A DNA stretch of 63,874 nt, counting the filler, from Octopus bimaculoides (taxonomy: Eukaryota): the NCBI RefSeq assembly GCF_001194135.2. It is 7 parts of 7 records of this genome, joined end to end, with 100 filler letters (N's around TTAATTAATTAA, not from the genome) between each part and the next. Parts side by side here need not be neighbours in the genome. Positions count along the whole stretch, not along the records: positions 21,980 to 46,019 come from NC_068995.1; positions 46,120 to 50,214 come from NC_068986.1; positions 50,315 to 52,480 come from NC_068983.1; positions 52,581 to 63,874 come from NC_068982.1; 3 more parts are not named here. One strand, 5' to 3'. Under the pieces are notes generated by a model. That model was given only the letters and a program-made list of their open reading frames with translations, made no database searches and had not been told where the DNA came from. This document shows, one piece after another, positions 40,598-53,807 of this stretch. The translations under genes and the position numbers were made by a program. The stretch's first letter is position 1; each line of letters opens with the position of its first letter.

Positions 40598-40772
40598 AAG
40601 AAGAAGAAGAAGAAGAACAACAACAACAACAACAACAACAACAAGAACAACAACAGCAGCAGCAGCAACAACAACAACAGCAACAACACCAACTCCAACA
40701 CCAACAGCAGCAGCAGCAACAACAACTACTACTACTACTACTATTCCTATTACTACTACTACTACTACTACT
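40598..40772. repeat. Compound (GAA)(CAA)(CAG)(CTA)n microsatellite
   Basis: Directly visible. Confidence 0.95.
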
Positions 40773-41199
40773 GTAACTTGTTACTGAAGTTGTGCTTTAT
40801 TCAACATCGAAAGGGATGAAAGGCGAAAGTGGATATTGGTTGGATCTGAACTCGGACTACAAAGATCTAGATTCAATAACGCAATACGATCTAGCAAACT
40901 CTCTAACCACACGACCAATCCGCTGCTTGCATTATGTATCTAGGAATACATTATTATTCAATGTAACCTTTATATTATTAAGATGGCGGACAATGATTTT
41001 AGAGAGATTCAGCAGCTATTTCTAAGGTGAGCGACCATATAAAGGCTCATCCTTGGTTGGTGGTAGTAGTGGCGGTGGTGATAGTAGTGGCAGTGGTGGT
41101 AGTAGTGGCGGTGGTCGTCGTCGTCGTTGTCGTCAGCGTTTTAGTGGTGGTGATGGTGGTGGTGATGGTGGTGGTATGGTGGTAGTGGCGGCGGTGGTG

Positions 41200-41251
<52 letters not shown>

Positions 41252-41568
41252 TGGTGTGGGTGATGGTGATGCTTAGCGTGAGGGCTATGGTGCCGGTGGC
41301 AGCATGGGTAGGTGGTGCTGGCCATATAAGTAGTGGTGTGGGTTGGTGGCACCACTGCACATCGGGTGTCACACGTGCCATTTCTGTACGACTGGTCGCC
41401 ATTTGCAATCTGGCATGGTATTTGTTTATCTGTTTTATTTATTTTAATAATCTTTTTTATTTGTTTCTTTTTGTTTACTTTAGCAGTTTTCGATTGTTGC
41501 TAAGAGATGACCGACTGTACGGGCGAATTAAACGGTGTGGGGCGGGTGCCGGATGGGCATGGACTAGG

Positions 41569-41601
<33 letters not shown>

Positions 41602-41709
41602 AACGTGCGTGTGCATATGTGTATGTGTAAGTGTATAAATGTACACGCATGTGTGCTTATGTTTGTTTGAACTTCTAAGCGGTGTGTTCACAGTGAAATA
41701 GGTTATGTT

Positions 41710-41754
<45 letters not shown>

Positions 41755-41925
41755 CTGTGTCACTGCATGTGTGTGCGAATGTTAATGTTGGTGTTTGTTC
41801 TCGTGGTATGTTTGATAAGGGGATGTTGAAAACGTAAAGCTGTGGGTTGTGTGCATTTGTATGTAGAAATATATATGTCTTTTGCTACACAACTGTATGT
41901 GTGTGCGAGTGTGAGTATTTTAGTG

Positions 41926-41963
<38 letters not shown>

Positions 41964-42518
41964 ACGCATGATTGCGTATGAATTTATACTACTCTGCACT
42001 TGTATGTATAAACGCGTCTGCTAGTTCATATATGGTACGCATTGTTTTGTTTCCATGCGAGTACACCGTGTACAATGCGTGTACATCTTGTACAATGTCC
42101 ACTATTTTACGCGTGGGTGAGTGTATAGTATGTAAGAGCGTGTATAAGTGTGTATATGTCTCCATGATGTGTAGCAGAATCGAGTCGGTTGTGTGTGTGA
42201 ACGTGTTGTCTGAGAGAGTATACGAGTGTCTGTATGCATGTGCGCATATAGATATGAATCTGTGAGTGTGTTTGTGTGTGTGCGTGTTTGTAATTACGAC
42301 TACGTCTTTCATATGCTATATGTATGGGTATATGTGTGTTAGTGTGTGCAGGTGAGTGTTTATGGCTTATAACCATTTGTCAGTTCTTAACCCCTTCCGA
42401 ATATGGAAAGCTGGAACATATAAATTTATATATATTTAGTTGTCCCATTTACTGAATTATCTGCTCCTGAATTACGAGAACTATTCATGTAATAAGCTTC
42501 CACTCAGTTTCACCCTGT

Positions 42519-42565
<47 letters not shown>

Positions 42566-42959
42566 GCGATGGTTATGATGGTGATGAGGATGAGGGGGAG
42601 GAGGATGGTGGTGGTGGTGTTTTGGTGGTGGTGGTATTTTGGTGGTGGTGGTGTTTTGGTGGTGGTGGTGGTGAGGATGATGATAACGATGATGATGACG
42701 ACTACGACGATGACGATGATAATGATGGCGATTAGGAGGAAGAGGAGAAGAAGGATGAAGATGAAGATAAGAACAACAGCAACAACAAAAAGAAGCCACA
42801 GAGAAAACAAGATCTCGCTGCAGCATTTTCACTGTACACGATACAAATACCAGTTATTTTTATCAGTTGGCAAATATAAGTATCGATCAGCAAACAATTT
42901 GTTCTCTGAAAGTGTAAACAAAGCCAGCGGTTTTGTTTAGGCTCAAAGATTCCGGCTAC

Positions 42960-43005
42960 TTCTGACTGACGAGACACATTATGTCGAAACACTGGTGTTC
43001 CAGAA
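42960..43005 (+). ncRNA. Minimal type-I hammerhead ribozyme-like motif with canonical core
   Basis: TTCTGA CTGACGA GACA catta TGTC GAAA CAC tg GTG T T CCAGAA: intact CUGANGA and GAAA, perfect 4-bp stem II, near-palindromic stem III, 5-bp stem I with an A.C mismatch next to the cleavage site. Confidence 0.7.
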
Positions 43006-44014
43006 TGCTGTTCGCCAATGAGCCGAGTATGTCGAACACTCAGGCGTCCTAAAAACAAATTGTTCTTCTGTAACATGCAATACAACGACCAGCTTATTTT
43101 GCACCCGAAATTGCCTGCACGTGTTAAGAATAAATATGTAAATATTTCTAATCAATACACACATACGCACGCGCGCACATGTGTGTGTGTGTGTGTGTGT
43201 GCGTGTGTGTTTGTGTGTGGTGTATTTATAGTATTATATTTAAAGTAACGTCCGGAATTCGAGCAACCAAGCGATGGTCAAGTGGCGATGATCATCACCT
43301 AGCGATGATCAGCAACAAGTGGTCAACTGAAGAGTAACCAAACTACAGGCGTTCGATACTTCACACACCGGATCAGTTGAGCTGATTGAATTATTGTTCG
43401 ATGTCACTTGAATTATATTTGCATATCTAAAATGGTGGAGTTTATTTTATATAGCGTAGGGCAGTGCTCATTGTCATTTTCAGGGCTTCCGTTATAAGTG
43501 GGAGGAAGGAAGAAAGGAAAGAAGGAACGAACGAACGAACGAACGAACGATAGATGGATGGACGGAAGATGAAGGGATGTTATCCTTAGACGGAAGACTT
43601 CCCCAATATGCTTACAACAGAATGTACTTTCCTAGACGTACCCATGGACAAAGTGGAGGTTTTAAACCTGAAGACAAATTAGGTCTTTCATACAAGCAGA
43701 CAGTGATGCGATTTGAAATTTTGTCGTAAAGAACTGAAAAAAAATATACCAAAGAATCAAAAATCATACCATCCGGTATTTTAACTTAGACTACAAGAAA
43801 CTGGATATGTTATAGCAAGGCATTTCGATCGATGTTAATTTGCTACCGTTTTTCAAATCTCAGTCAGAAAAATATTACAGGGTCTGTTATCAAGAAATTC
43901 AGTCTCTAGGCGTGAAAGAATACAAGTACTAATAAATCCTTGCTTTAAATTCATTTTCTGGAACCCAAGACTACGTACAGTCTGACCAATGTAATTAACA
44001 CGTTTGTGTGTATT

Positions 44015-44066
<52 letters not shown>

Positions 44067-44169
44067 AAATATTAAAGACATAACATATTGTACGGTGAAT
44101 GTCTGTGCATCTGTGTACGTCTGAATATTTTATCTTTGGCTTTGGTTCTTCACTTTCTTTCTTTCCATC

Positions 44170-44412
<243 letters not shown>

Positions 44413-44562
44413 GTAGTTGTTATTGTTGTTGTTATGGCTGCTTCTTTCATCATTTCATTTTCTTTCGACCGAATCTCCGGATTAACCTTCATCTTGCCAT
44501 AACCCATCTTTCTTCAATCTCTACACTCTCTCTACTTCTCCTTCCCTCATTCACTCACTGTT

Positions 44563-44635
<73 letters not shown>

Positions 44636-44809
44636 NNNNNNNNNNNNNNNNNNNNNNNNNNNNNNNNNNNNNNNNNNNNNNNNNNNNNNNNNNNNNNNNN
44701 NNNNNNNNNNNNNNNNNNNNNNNNNNNNNNNNNNNNNNNNNNNNNNNNNNNNNNNNNNNNNNNNNNNNNNNNNNNNNNNNNNNNNNNNNNNNCCTATGAT
44801 GATGATGAC

Positions 44810-44840
<31 letters not shown>

Positions 44841-45255
44841 ATGGGGGGGGGGCAAAGTCGACATCGATGACAACGACGGTGATGACGACAGCGACAACAA
44901 GGAGGTGGAAGAGCTTAACAGCAGCAACAACGAGAAGAAGAAGAAGAAGAAGAAGAAGAAGAAGAAGAAGAAGAAGAAGAAGAAGAAGAAGAAGAAATTT
45001 AAAGAAAATCTAGACTTAACCCTAGGCAATGTTGTGACGGATGGATGACGAGTAGAATGACTTACTTACAGGATGGTGCCTCGTCCGAAGATGATATCTA
45101 CAAAGTGAAAATATACATACATATGTACATAATACATATATACATACATACACAAACCCCCATACACACACGCATGTATACATATATATATATGTATATA
45201 TACATATATATATATACATATATATATTATATACATATATACATATACAGTGTAC

Positions 45256-45321
<66 letters not shown>

Positions 45322-45361
45322 ATACATATGTATATATGTGTGAGACAGAGAGAAACAAAGA

Positions 45362-45399
<38 letters not shown>

Positions 45400-47061
45400 G
45401 AGAGAGAGATAAGGGGTGAATGAGAGACAGGCATTGATAAGTATGTTTAGCTCGAAGAAAAAATTGAAAGAAAAAGTGGAGAAAGTAGAAGGAATGGGAA
45501 TTTTTAAGATGGCATTTCCAAGATGAAGATACTGTAGGGTGGGTTTGATGGTGGACAGGTGGTGGTTTAGTGAGAAAGAATGGTGGAATAAATAATTAAA
45601 TAGATGAATACGTAAATAGGTTTACGGATAAAATGACATATTGATCGATAAATGATGAACGTGTATAAGAGTAAGGGGGGAAAGAACGTGAAAGAGGAGA
45701 GGAGAGAGTGAGAAAGTAAGTGAGAGAGAGAGAGAGGGGGAGACAAACACAAGGACAGAGACAGGGGGAGTAAGCGATGAGAGTGATGAAAGAAACGGGA
45801 AACGTGAAGGAAAGAGAGACAAATTAGGAGATACGAAGAAAAACATAAAGAAAATGAAAAAGAAAAGGTATTGATGGATATGCAGACAGAAAGAGAGACA
45901 GATAGATAGACAGATTGATAGATAGAGACATACATACATGCATACAGATATCAAATGACAGACACACAGACAAACAGACACACAGATAGACAGACAATAT
46001 ATATATATATATATATATANNNNNNNNNNNNNNNNNNNNNNNNNNNNNNNNNNNNNNNNNNNNTTAATTAATTAANNNNNNNNNNNNNNNNNNNNNNNNN
46101 NNNNNNNNNNNNNNNNNNNTTATGAAAAATAGGTAAAGAATACTGAGATGAAAGTTTAATCTATGACGTTGTATGTATCACTTTCTCTCTCTCTCCCTCT
46201 CCCTCTTTTACTTTTACTCTCTATATTTTTATGTTGAGCGCGTGTGTAAGAATGGCGTTCCAGGTAGCAGGGATGAAATATAAAAGTTGCTAGAAACAAC
46301 AGCCAAATCTCCCTTAAATCACATAAAGTAAACGGAATTTAAATATCTAATTACTGCACTGGAAAGCTCAGATCGAGAAAATTCCATTGATGTAAAAATT
46401 TTTACGAAAAAGTGGAAAATGTGGATTTCTATAAACATTCAAAAAGGCTTCACACAAACACACAATTTCAGATTTATATATTTAGATATCTGCTGTGATG
46501 CTGTTTCTCTCTAATGTATATTGTATTGTTTTCATCATATCTTGAGAAATATTACAATATATTACATATAAAATATATGCGTTTTCTTTTTCCATTGGTA
46601 AACTGTCACTATGCTACAAATGAAAATATCTGACATTTTGTTACCTAATCAATGTTCCAGTATAATAAAGTTGTCATTTAAACGAGTGGCAGTAACTTTA
46701 AATGCACCGGTTTCATTGATATGTCTATAAACATTCTATGTGGCAAGGTAGCTACTATACTACCGTCCGTCGCCAGCAGAGCCTATATTGTTGTTGATTA
46801 AGTGTAATATTGCAGTAACATCCGAAGTTATCTTTCTGGCGTGCTCGGAAAACGAAAAATGATAGTTAACTTTTGTACTGTTACTATATATCTCTCACTC
46901 AGAGATTTAAAATAAGTTGTTTTTCTCTATACGAGATCAGCGATTGTGCGTCGCTTAAAAAGTATATAGCATCTGCAAGTGGAGAAAGCTTTTGTCACTA
47001 GCCTGTGATTATCTCACACTGAAGATAAGTAACCACCTAGAAACTCGGGTCTGTTAATATG

Positions 47062-47191
47062 ACGTGATGACATCCCTTGCGAATGCTATATGGACACAAA
47101 CTGTGTGTCGATAGGCAGCTGGAAAAGATGTTTCCCTGGGGCTATAGCAACAGTAACATCATCCTTTATAGGACTGCCATGTTCTGTTGGC
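47062..47191 (-). repeat. Interspersed repeat homologous to 57740-57865
   Basis: gccaac..aacatggcagtcct....aggat.a.tgtt.ctgt...tagccccagg.aacatc.t.tccagctg shared. Confidence 0.7.
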
Positions 47192-49350
47192 ATATAAACA
47201 TTAGTACTGTTATTTTTTTCTAATTGCTACATATATTCCTACTGTGGGTATTTATGTTGTTGAAAATATCGGAAATTATCAAATCCATATATTTTGCTTT
47301 AATATTTAAAATATATAAATATCTAACTGTTCCTGCAAAAATCACACAATTCTAACATTCATCACGCCGAATAAGATGGAAGAAAATTAAAAGTAGAACC
47401 TGGTAGTATTTGAACTGACATCACAAAGAATTTTCTTAATTCTACCAGTGTATTGCCCGTCTACAAAAATATAAATACGCATGCTAAGAAATTGATTTTG
47501 TATGTATATGGCTATACATATATTTCCAGCATGTGTATGTGTGCGTGTTGATAGGCTTTTTTTCTACGAACGTAATGATTCCAGACATTCTCATATGTTC
47601 TCCCAGAAGAAATACATCTATCAAATTATTTTTGCAACAGCATCTTGTTATCGAATATTCAGTACAAAGAATTTCAAGCAGTTTTAAGAGGGTTAATTTA
47701 ATCGACGCTGAACTCTGGGTCTCAATTAACAAATTACAGTTGTCCTTACTCTACAATGTCTATTGTTGGTATCTTTTGAGCTGTCGTCTGCTCATTGATT
47801 TATTCCTGCCATTTTCGCGCTAAATTCCTCTCTGGTGGAATTGTATATTTATTATCACTATTCTTTATTCAAATTTCATCTATAGTTCTATCTCTTCTTT
47901 TGCTGTTTCTTAGCTTAATAATTGAAATTTTTGTTTTCCAGATCATTATTGCCTCGTATATATTTTTTAACATCTCCAAGTAATTCGTGTCCTTTGTTTA
48001 CTGCTGTTATTTAATTTTCGTTCATTTCAAAAATGAGAAAACGTTTGCGGTAGAATAAATTTTCAAAGTCTGTATTTGATATGTGTTACAAGAGACATAA
48101 GGACATTCCATTTAAGCCTTCTTCACATTCTAAGTTGCTTGAAACTTGTAATTTGTTAATTTCAGACAATCACAATTTAATATGTCAATGAACAAATGAA
48201 CACGCATGCATATACAGACAAGAGAATGTATATATATATATTATGTATGTATGTATGTATGTATGTATGTATGTATGTATGTATGTATGTATGTATGTAT
48301 ATATGTATATATATAAATATATATTATTTTGTTTAAAAGAGTTCCAACACTGTCTGTTTTTTATGTTTTATTTATATTCCTGCAGAACCAATGTGGGGTA
48401 TAGCATATGGAATATACAATATATAATATAATATACAATATATAATATAAAATAAAATAAAATAAAAATGGATGGCACCATGAAAGAAAGTATTGAATGT
48501 AGATGAAATATTGAGTGTTCAATATAAAGGATCAAATATATAAATATATAAATATAAATATATANNNNNNNNNNNNNNNNNNNNNNNNNNNNNNNNNNNN
48601 NNNNNNNNNNNNNNNNNNNNNNNNNNNNNNNNNNNNNNNNNNNNNNNNNNNNNNNNNNNNNNNNNNNNNNNNNNNNNNNNNNNNNNNNNNNNNNNNNNNN
48701 NNNNNNNNNNNNNNNNNNNNNNNNNNNNNNNNNNNNNNNNNNNNNNNNNNNNNNNNNNNNNNNNNNNNNNNNNNNNNNNNNNNNNNNNNNNNNNNNNNNN
48801 NNNNNNNNNNNNNNNNNNNNNNNNNNNNNNNNNNNNNNNNNNNNNNNNNNNNNNNNNNNNNNNNNNNNNNNNNNNNNNNNNNNNNNNNNNNNNNNNNNNN
48901 NNNNNNNNNNNNNNNNNNNNNNNNNNNNNNNNNNNNNNNNNNNNNNNNNNNNNNNNNNNNNNNNNNNNNNNNNNNNNNNNNNNNNNNNNNNNNNNNNNNN
49001 NNNNNNNNNNNNNNNNNNNNNNNNNNNNNNNNNNNNNNNNNNNNNNNNNNNNNNNNNNNNNNNNNNNNNNNNNNNNNNNNNNNNNNNNNNNNNNNNNNNN
49101 NNNNNNNNNNNNNNNNNNNNNNNNNNNNNNNNNNNNNNTTTCTAATGTTCTTCCTAAGCTAAGACAAGTTTTTCATGTTTTGTTGCACACACGCATTTTG
49201 CCAGTATATACGCAGTGAAGCTATACAATAGCGTCGTATTTATATCGATTGCTATTGTCCAGTAAATATCGGTACCTTGTTGTACTACTCTTATGAATTT
49301 ATATATATATACATATATATATATAAGTATACATACATATATATATATTT

Positions 49351-49394
<44 letters not shown>

Positions 49395-49434
49395 ACACAC
49401 ATACACACACACAGACACACAGACACACACACAG

Positions 49435-49478
<44 letters not shown>

Positions 49479-49500
49479 GGTGGTTGACCACCTCCTGTTC

Positions 49501-49710
49501 CTACACCTTAGAAACATCATGGAATCTGATGCGGCCTTTTAAACCAGACAATGTTCTGACGAGACACCCACATATTGCATATCCGATTTGGACCACCAAG
49601 AGCTGCAGGCAAATTCTGATCTTTGTGGATCTTAAAATGCCTTTTGAGGCCTCCGTTAGATTTGCAAACCTTCTGGCATACATGGCATTCGAAGGTGTGC
49701 ACAGACATAT
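49501..49710 (-). pseudogene. Two atypical C2H2 zinc fingers, frameshifted; probably the C-terminus of an RTE-type LINE ORF
   Basis: FECHVCQKVCKSNGGLKRHFKIH, then ICN/CGCLVRTLSGLKGRIRFH after a 1-nt shift. No TGEKP linkers; C..C...C.S..GL..H...H is typical of RTE C-termini. Confidence 0.55.
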
Positions 49711-49726
49711 AGTTAGAATAGTTGGT

Positions 49727-49888
49727 AACATACTAGTAATGGGTGATTCTAACCTCCCTTGTATAAACTGGCCCACAAGTACTCTGAAGTTAGGCAAATG
49801 CCCTACGTCAGACACAGCAGCAGCAGAATTACTCTTTAATCTAATGGAGGAATTTTTCCTGACACAGCTAGTGCTTGAACCAACAAGG
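49727..49888 (+). mobile_element. CR1-like LINE APE-endonuclease fragment
   Basis: NILVMGDSNLPCINW....AELLFNLMEEFFLTQLVLEPTR (cf. GDFNLP.INW and FLTQ.V.EPTR). Confidence 0.8.
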
Positions 49889-50314
49889 GTAAATTTAAGG
49901 TTAAGGTAAATTTAAGGTTGATTTACCCTTAACCTGCTGTCTATCACTACTTAATCTACCTTGCTCTATATTTGAAATTACTACTATCCCTAATCTGTTG
50001 AACAGCAGCATAGTCGAGATGGTATGTTTTTTGCAAACATCTTCAAAATGTCTTTCTAAAATGAAATTCCATTATGCAGTTGAGGAGTACATTTTCATTG
50101 TACATTCTGTGGTGTTCTCACTACATGAATAAATGGAGCTTGTACGAAACGTACGAACTGCTATAACCTATTGAATTTTTGTTGCTTATCTTCAAATATA
50201 TATATATATATATANNNNNNNNNNNNNNNNNNNNNNNNNNNNNNNNNNNNNNNNNNNNTTAATTAATTAANNNNNNNNNNNNNNNNNNNNNNNNNNNNNN
50301 NNNNNNNNNNNNNN

Positions 50315-50468
50315 AGGCGGCACTGGCATCGGCCACATTCGGATGGTGCTTTTTACGTGCTACCGGCACAGGAGCCAGTCAGGCGGCACTGGCATCGGCC
50401 ACATTCGGATGGTGCTTTTTACGTGCTACCGGCACAGGAGCCAGTCAGGCGGCACTGGCATCGGCCAC
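50315..50468. repeat. 66-bp tandem repeat, 2.3 identical units, abutting a linker gap
   Basis: Unit aggcggcactggcatcggccacattcggatggtgctttttacgtgctaccggcacaggagccagtc starts at 50315, 50381, 50447. Confidence 0.95.
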
Positions 50469-51365
50469 AATTACAATTTCTATTTTTGACTTTGATGTGA
50501 TTGAGATTCTGATTGTGATTTTGCAACCCTTCCCACACAGTATAAACATATCCTTGTGTCAAAATTTGAAACCAATGTTACATTGTAGTGAGACTTAGAA
50601 TCGAAACCTCACAACCCTGACAATTGGGTCCAGTTCACACTTGAGTCAGGCAATCAACTTGAAGCGATATCACCCCCTTTTTAGAACTTAATCAAATGTT
50701 CTACAACATTTTCGTTCACTTTTCTCAGTATTATAGAAGTTTCAAGCCCAAAATAACCAAAATGGTTTGAGAACCATCAGAGAACACACACCTCGTCTGT
50801 TGCCAAGCAACGCCAAGTTTTCTGTTGCTGAATCCAGGCAGAAAAGAAAAGTATTCTTCATAATTGTAGGCCAACTCTTTCCAGCATCACAAGCCTTATT
50901 ATCAATACTATGATTGATTCTATTTCCTACATATAATAACCAGCAGTTATTATAAGTTTATATTCAACTGTTCTCCTATTCAATAAATCCTATAATAAAA
51001 TATACGTTTATGTTTGTTTCTGTTCATTATGGTACAACACACAGCTGAAAGAATAACTAATGCCATGACGCCAGTGAATCTGCAAACTAAGACAGAGGAC
51101 ATTTCTTTTGTGCAACGATATCTTACATATAAACATATCCAAATACAAATGTGTCAAATATCATACAACACAAATTCTTGGTTTGATAACAATTATCTCA
51201 ACCTCTAAATCAGTAAATTGGAAAATTATTGTTTTTAAAATCTCACAACGTGAGATATTCAGCAACGAGGTTAAAAGCCACATCTATAAACTAACGAAGA
51301 GGTCTCTAGTCACTCTTCTTATATAAAACAGCAATATTTCCATCAAATTCCATTTTACTATCTTA

Positions 51366-51597
51366 TTTCTTCATTACCCACAAGGGGCTAAACATAGAGG
51401 GGACGAACAAGGACAGACAAAGGGATTAAGTCGATTACATCGACCCCAGTGCGTAACTGGTACTTAATTTATCGACCCTGAAAGGATGAAAGGCAAAGTC
51501 GACCTCGGCGGAATTTGAACTCAGAACGTAACGGCAGACGAAATACCTCTAAGCATTTCGCCCGTCGTGCTAACGTTTCTGCCAGCTCACCGCCTTC
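51366..51597 (-). mobile_element. SINE family A1 monomer with perfect 16-bp TSD
   Basis: ccattttactatctta at 51350-51365 and 51598-51613; near-consensus sequence. Confidence 0.95.
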
Positions 51598-52214
51598 CCA
51601 TTTTACTATCTTAGTAAAGGAAGGTCGCATTAAATAACGTAGTCCTAGATGCACTATGTCTGACAAAACAGTTGAGGTGGTCACCGTTGGAAGGTCTCTG
51701 ACTTCAGACGGAACACCAACATGATTATGTAATTAAAAAAACGAACATGTCAGGCTTCCATATAATTGAACGGCAACTGTTGCTGCTATCTAATGATTAG
51801 GTAATGAAGAAATCGATATTGATCCCTCAACACCTCCTTCTGCTCGAGCTCCTACATTTGCTTAACACCTTTTCCTTCTCTTTTTCTTTCTCTTTTTAAC
51901 ACATTTCTCCCTTTTTTCTTCTTCTCCATGTTGGTGTTAAAAGTGTTACAATCGATAAAAAGACAAAAAAAGGTAACACAAGTATGGAAGAAAAGATGGA
52001 AAAAATAACATTTTGAAAGGGGCTGATAAAAATAATAAAGAGAGAGAGAGAGAGAGAGAGTATATATGCGAGCTGTGAACCTAATTTTCCAATAAAACTG
52101 ATTCAATTACTTAGTAGCACGATAAAAACCGAAACCATGACGACAACAATAATTGTACCATCACCACCACTGCCGCTACTACTACTGCTACTACTAAAAA
52201 TGATGATAATCTTT

Positions 52215-52427
52215 TCTACTGTTAGCACAAGGCCTGGAATTTGAAGGGAGGGACATAGGTGATCGAATCATCGATTCCCACTACTTGACTGGTACTTAAT
52301 TTATCGACTCCGAAACGATGAAAGGCAAAAATGGACCTTGGCGGAATTTGAACTCAGAACGTAGCAACAGACGCAACACCGTTAAACATTTCGCCCGGCG
52401 TGCTAACGATTCAGCCAGCTCAACGCC
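52215..52427 (-). mobile_element. SINE family A2
   Basis: Track ORF 52318-52536 (WRNLNSERSNRRNTVKHFARRANDSASS) is the antisense reading of the family A head. Confidence 0.88.
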
Positions 52428-52580
52428 TGCAATAATTCTAGCTACTATAGGCACAAAACCTGAAATTTTTTTTGGGTGGGNNNNNNNNNNNNNNNNNNNN
52501 NNNNNNNNNNNNNNNNNNNNNNNNTTAATTAATTAANNNNNNNNNNNNNNNNNNNNNNNNNNNNNNNNNNNNNNNNNNNN

Positions 52581-52622
<42 letters not shown>

Positions 52623-53634
52623 TGTTCTTCTTCCAAAAAACACAATACGTTCCTCGCTTCACTGATAAAAAATAGTCCGTTATTGTCTTCCAAGCCGGAA
52701 CTAAAAGATTATTTTGCAAATAGGGACCCCTTAAAATCTCTAACTCTTTACCGTTATTCAGCAGTTTCTCTTAAAAGCCATCGTAGTTCTTGATGTTATA
52801 TTTGATGTGTATTAATAGTTACATATTCATCCTTTTGCAAGTTGTTCCTAATTTTCGGCTGGACGCTACAGACAGAGAGTGTTTCTTCAGAGAATGTCGA
52901 CTCCAGAAACATGAGTTGATGTTTATCTCGAACCCTACTTAATCTAGAACACGTGTTTTTTTTTATAACAAACCCCAATATTGTTCATTTATTGTTTTGA
53001 ATTCTAGAAAATTCTGTTAATATTCTCAACGTTCCCAACCGTCCCGTTTTATGCTAAAAATATTTATTTCGTTTTGCATGAAATATAAGGATTGCTTTCA
53101 TAAAAAGTTATACATACGTGCGCGCGCTCACACAGATACAGATTTGCACAAACATGCTTGCGCGCGCACACCCACACACGTTTAGGAGGGAGCCTCAATA
53201 GTGTTGCTTGATTTGCTAGAAATAACAACTAAGTGTCCCTGAAATGATATCCCAGCGACTCTAAAAAAGGAGACGTTGAACTTGTTATCTTAGATATACA
53301 AAAAGATGACTTATTTGCGTCTGGAACGCTTTTGGTCTTTGCACTGCCTGTCAATGGAAAACTATGGCGCTTTATTAATTGCTCTTGGTTTGGTAGTTCC
53401 CTACTACTGTAGTTTAATCTGATGACGTTATCTCTGATAATACTTTTGATGAAGTTTAGATAACATTATTTACATTATTTTCTTTTCGTTTTTCCAATTT
53501 CATTTTTTTTCTTTCTTTAGGGTGAAGAAATGGCCGCAGTCAAATGATTGAAGCAAATAAACGAATAAACTCTTGTTTCTATCGTTTTCCTATGAATCTG
53601 AACACTTCTGAGTTGTTAAAAAAAAGAATCTTCC

Positions 53635-53807
53635 GTTGTGTCTGGGGAGAGTCATTCTCTTTTGGTGCCTTATAATTTAACACACACACCGGTAAAATTC
53701 CCACTTATTTCTTCTTTATTTTTCTAAAATTTTCGTTGCGTCTTGCAACCTTTTCAATAGTTTTGACTATAAGGTACCAAAAGAGAATGACTCTCCCCAG
53801 ACACAAC
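53635..53807. mobile_element. Small fold-back element with 40-bp inverted repeats
   Basis: gttgtgtctggggagagtcattctcttttggtgccttata (53635-53674) vs the reverse complement of 53768-53807: 39/40 identical. Confidence 0.9.
53724..53760 (-). ncRNA. Variant minimal hammerhead-like motif (U3-A8) inside the fold-back
   Basis: Minus strand CTA TTGAAAA G GTTGC aagac GCAAC GAAA AT T T TAG: 3-bp stem I, perfect 5-bp stem II, palindromic AATT stem III. Confidence 0.55.

Noticed and set aside
49555-49570. ctgacgagacac, identical to the start of the 42966 core
   Set aside because: Lies in the antisense of the zinc-finger fragment; no downstream TGTC-GAAA.
49517-49708. Member of the octopus C2H2 ZNF gene expansion
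   Set aside because: Only two fingers, no TGEKP linker, a frameshift and a His-to-Arg change; fits a LINE C-terminus better.
50315-50468. CRISPR-like array
   Set aside because: Units are fully identical with no spacers; eukaryotic context and no cas genes.
50583-50614. TTGT agtga GA..TC GAAA CC T C ACAA hammerhead-like pattern
   Set aside because: Core is two nucleotides short, stem II is 2 bp and stem III is not palindromic; compatible with chance.
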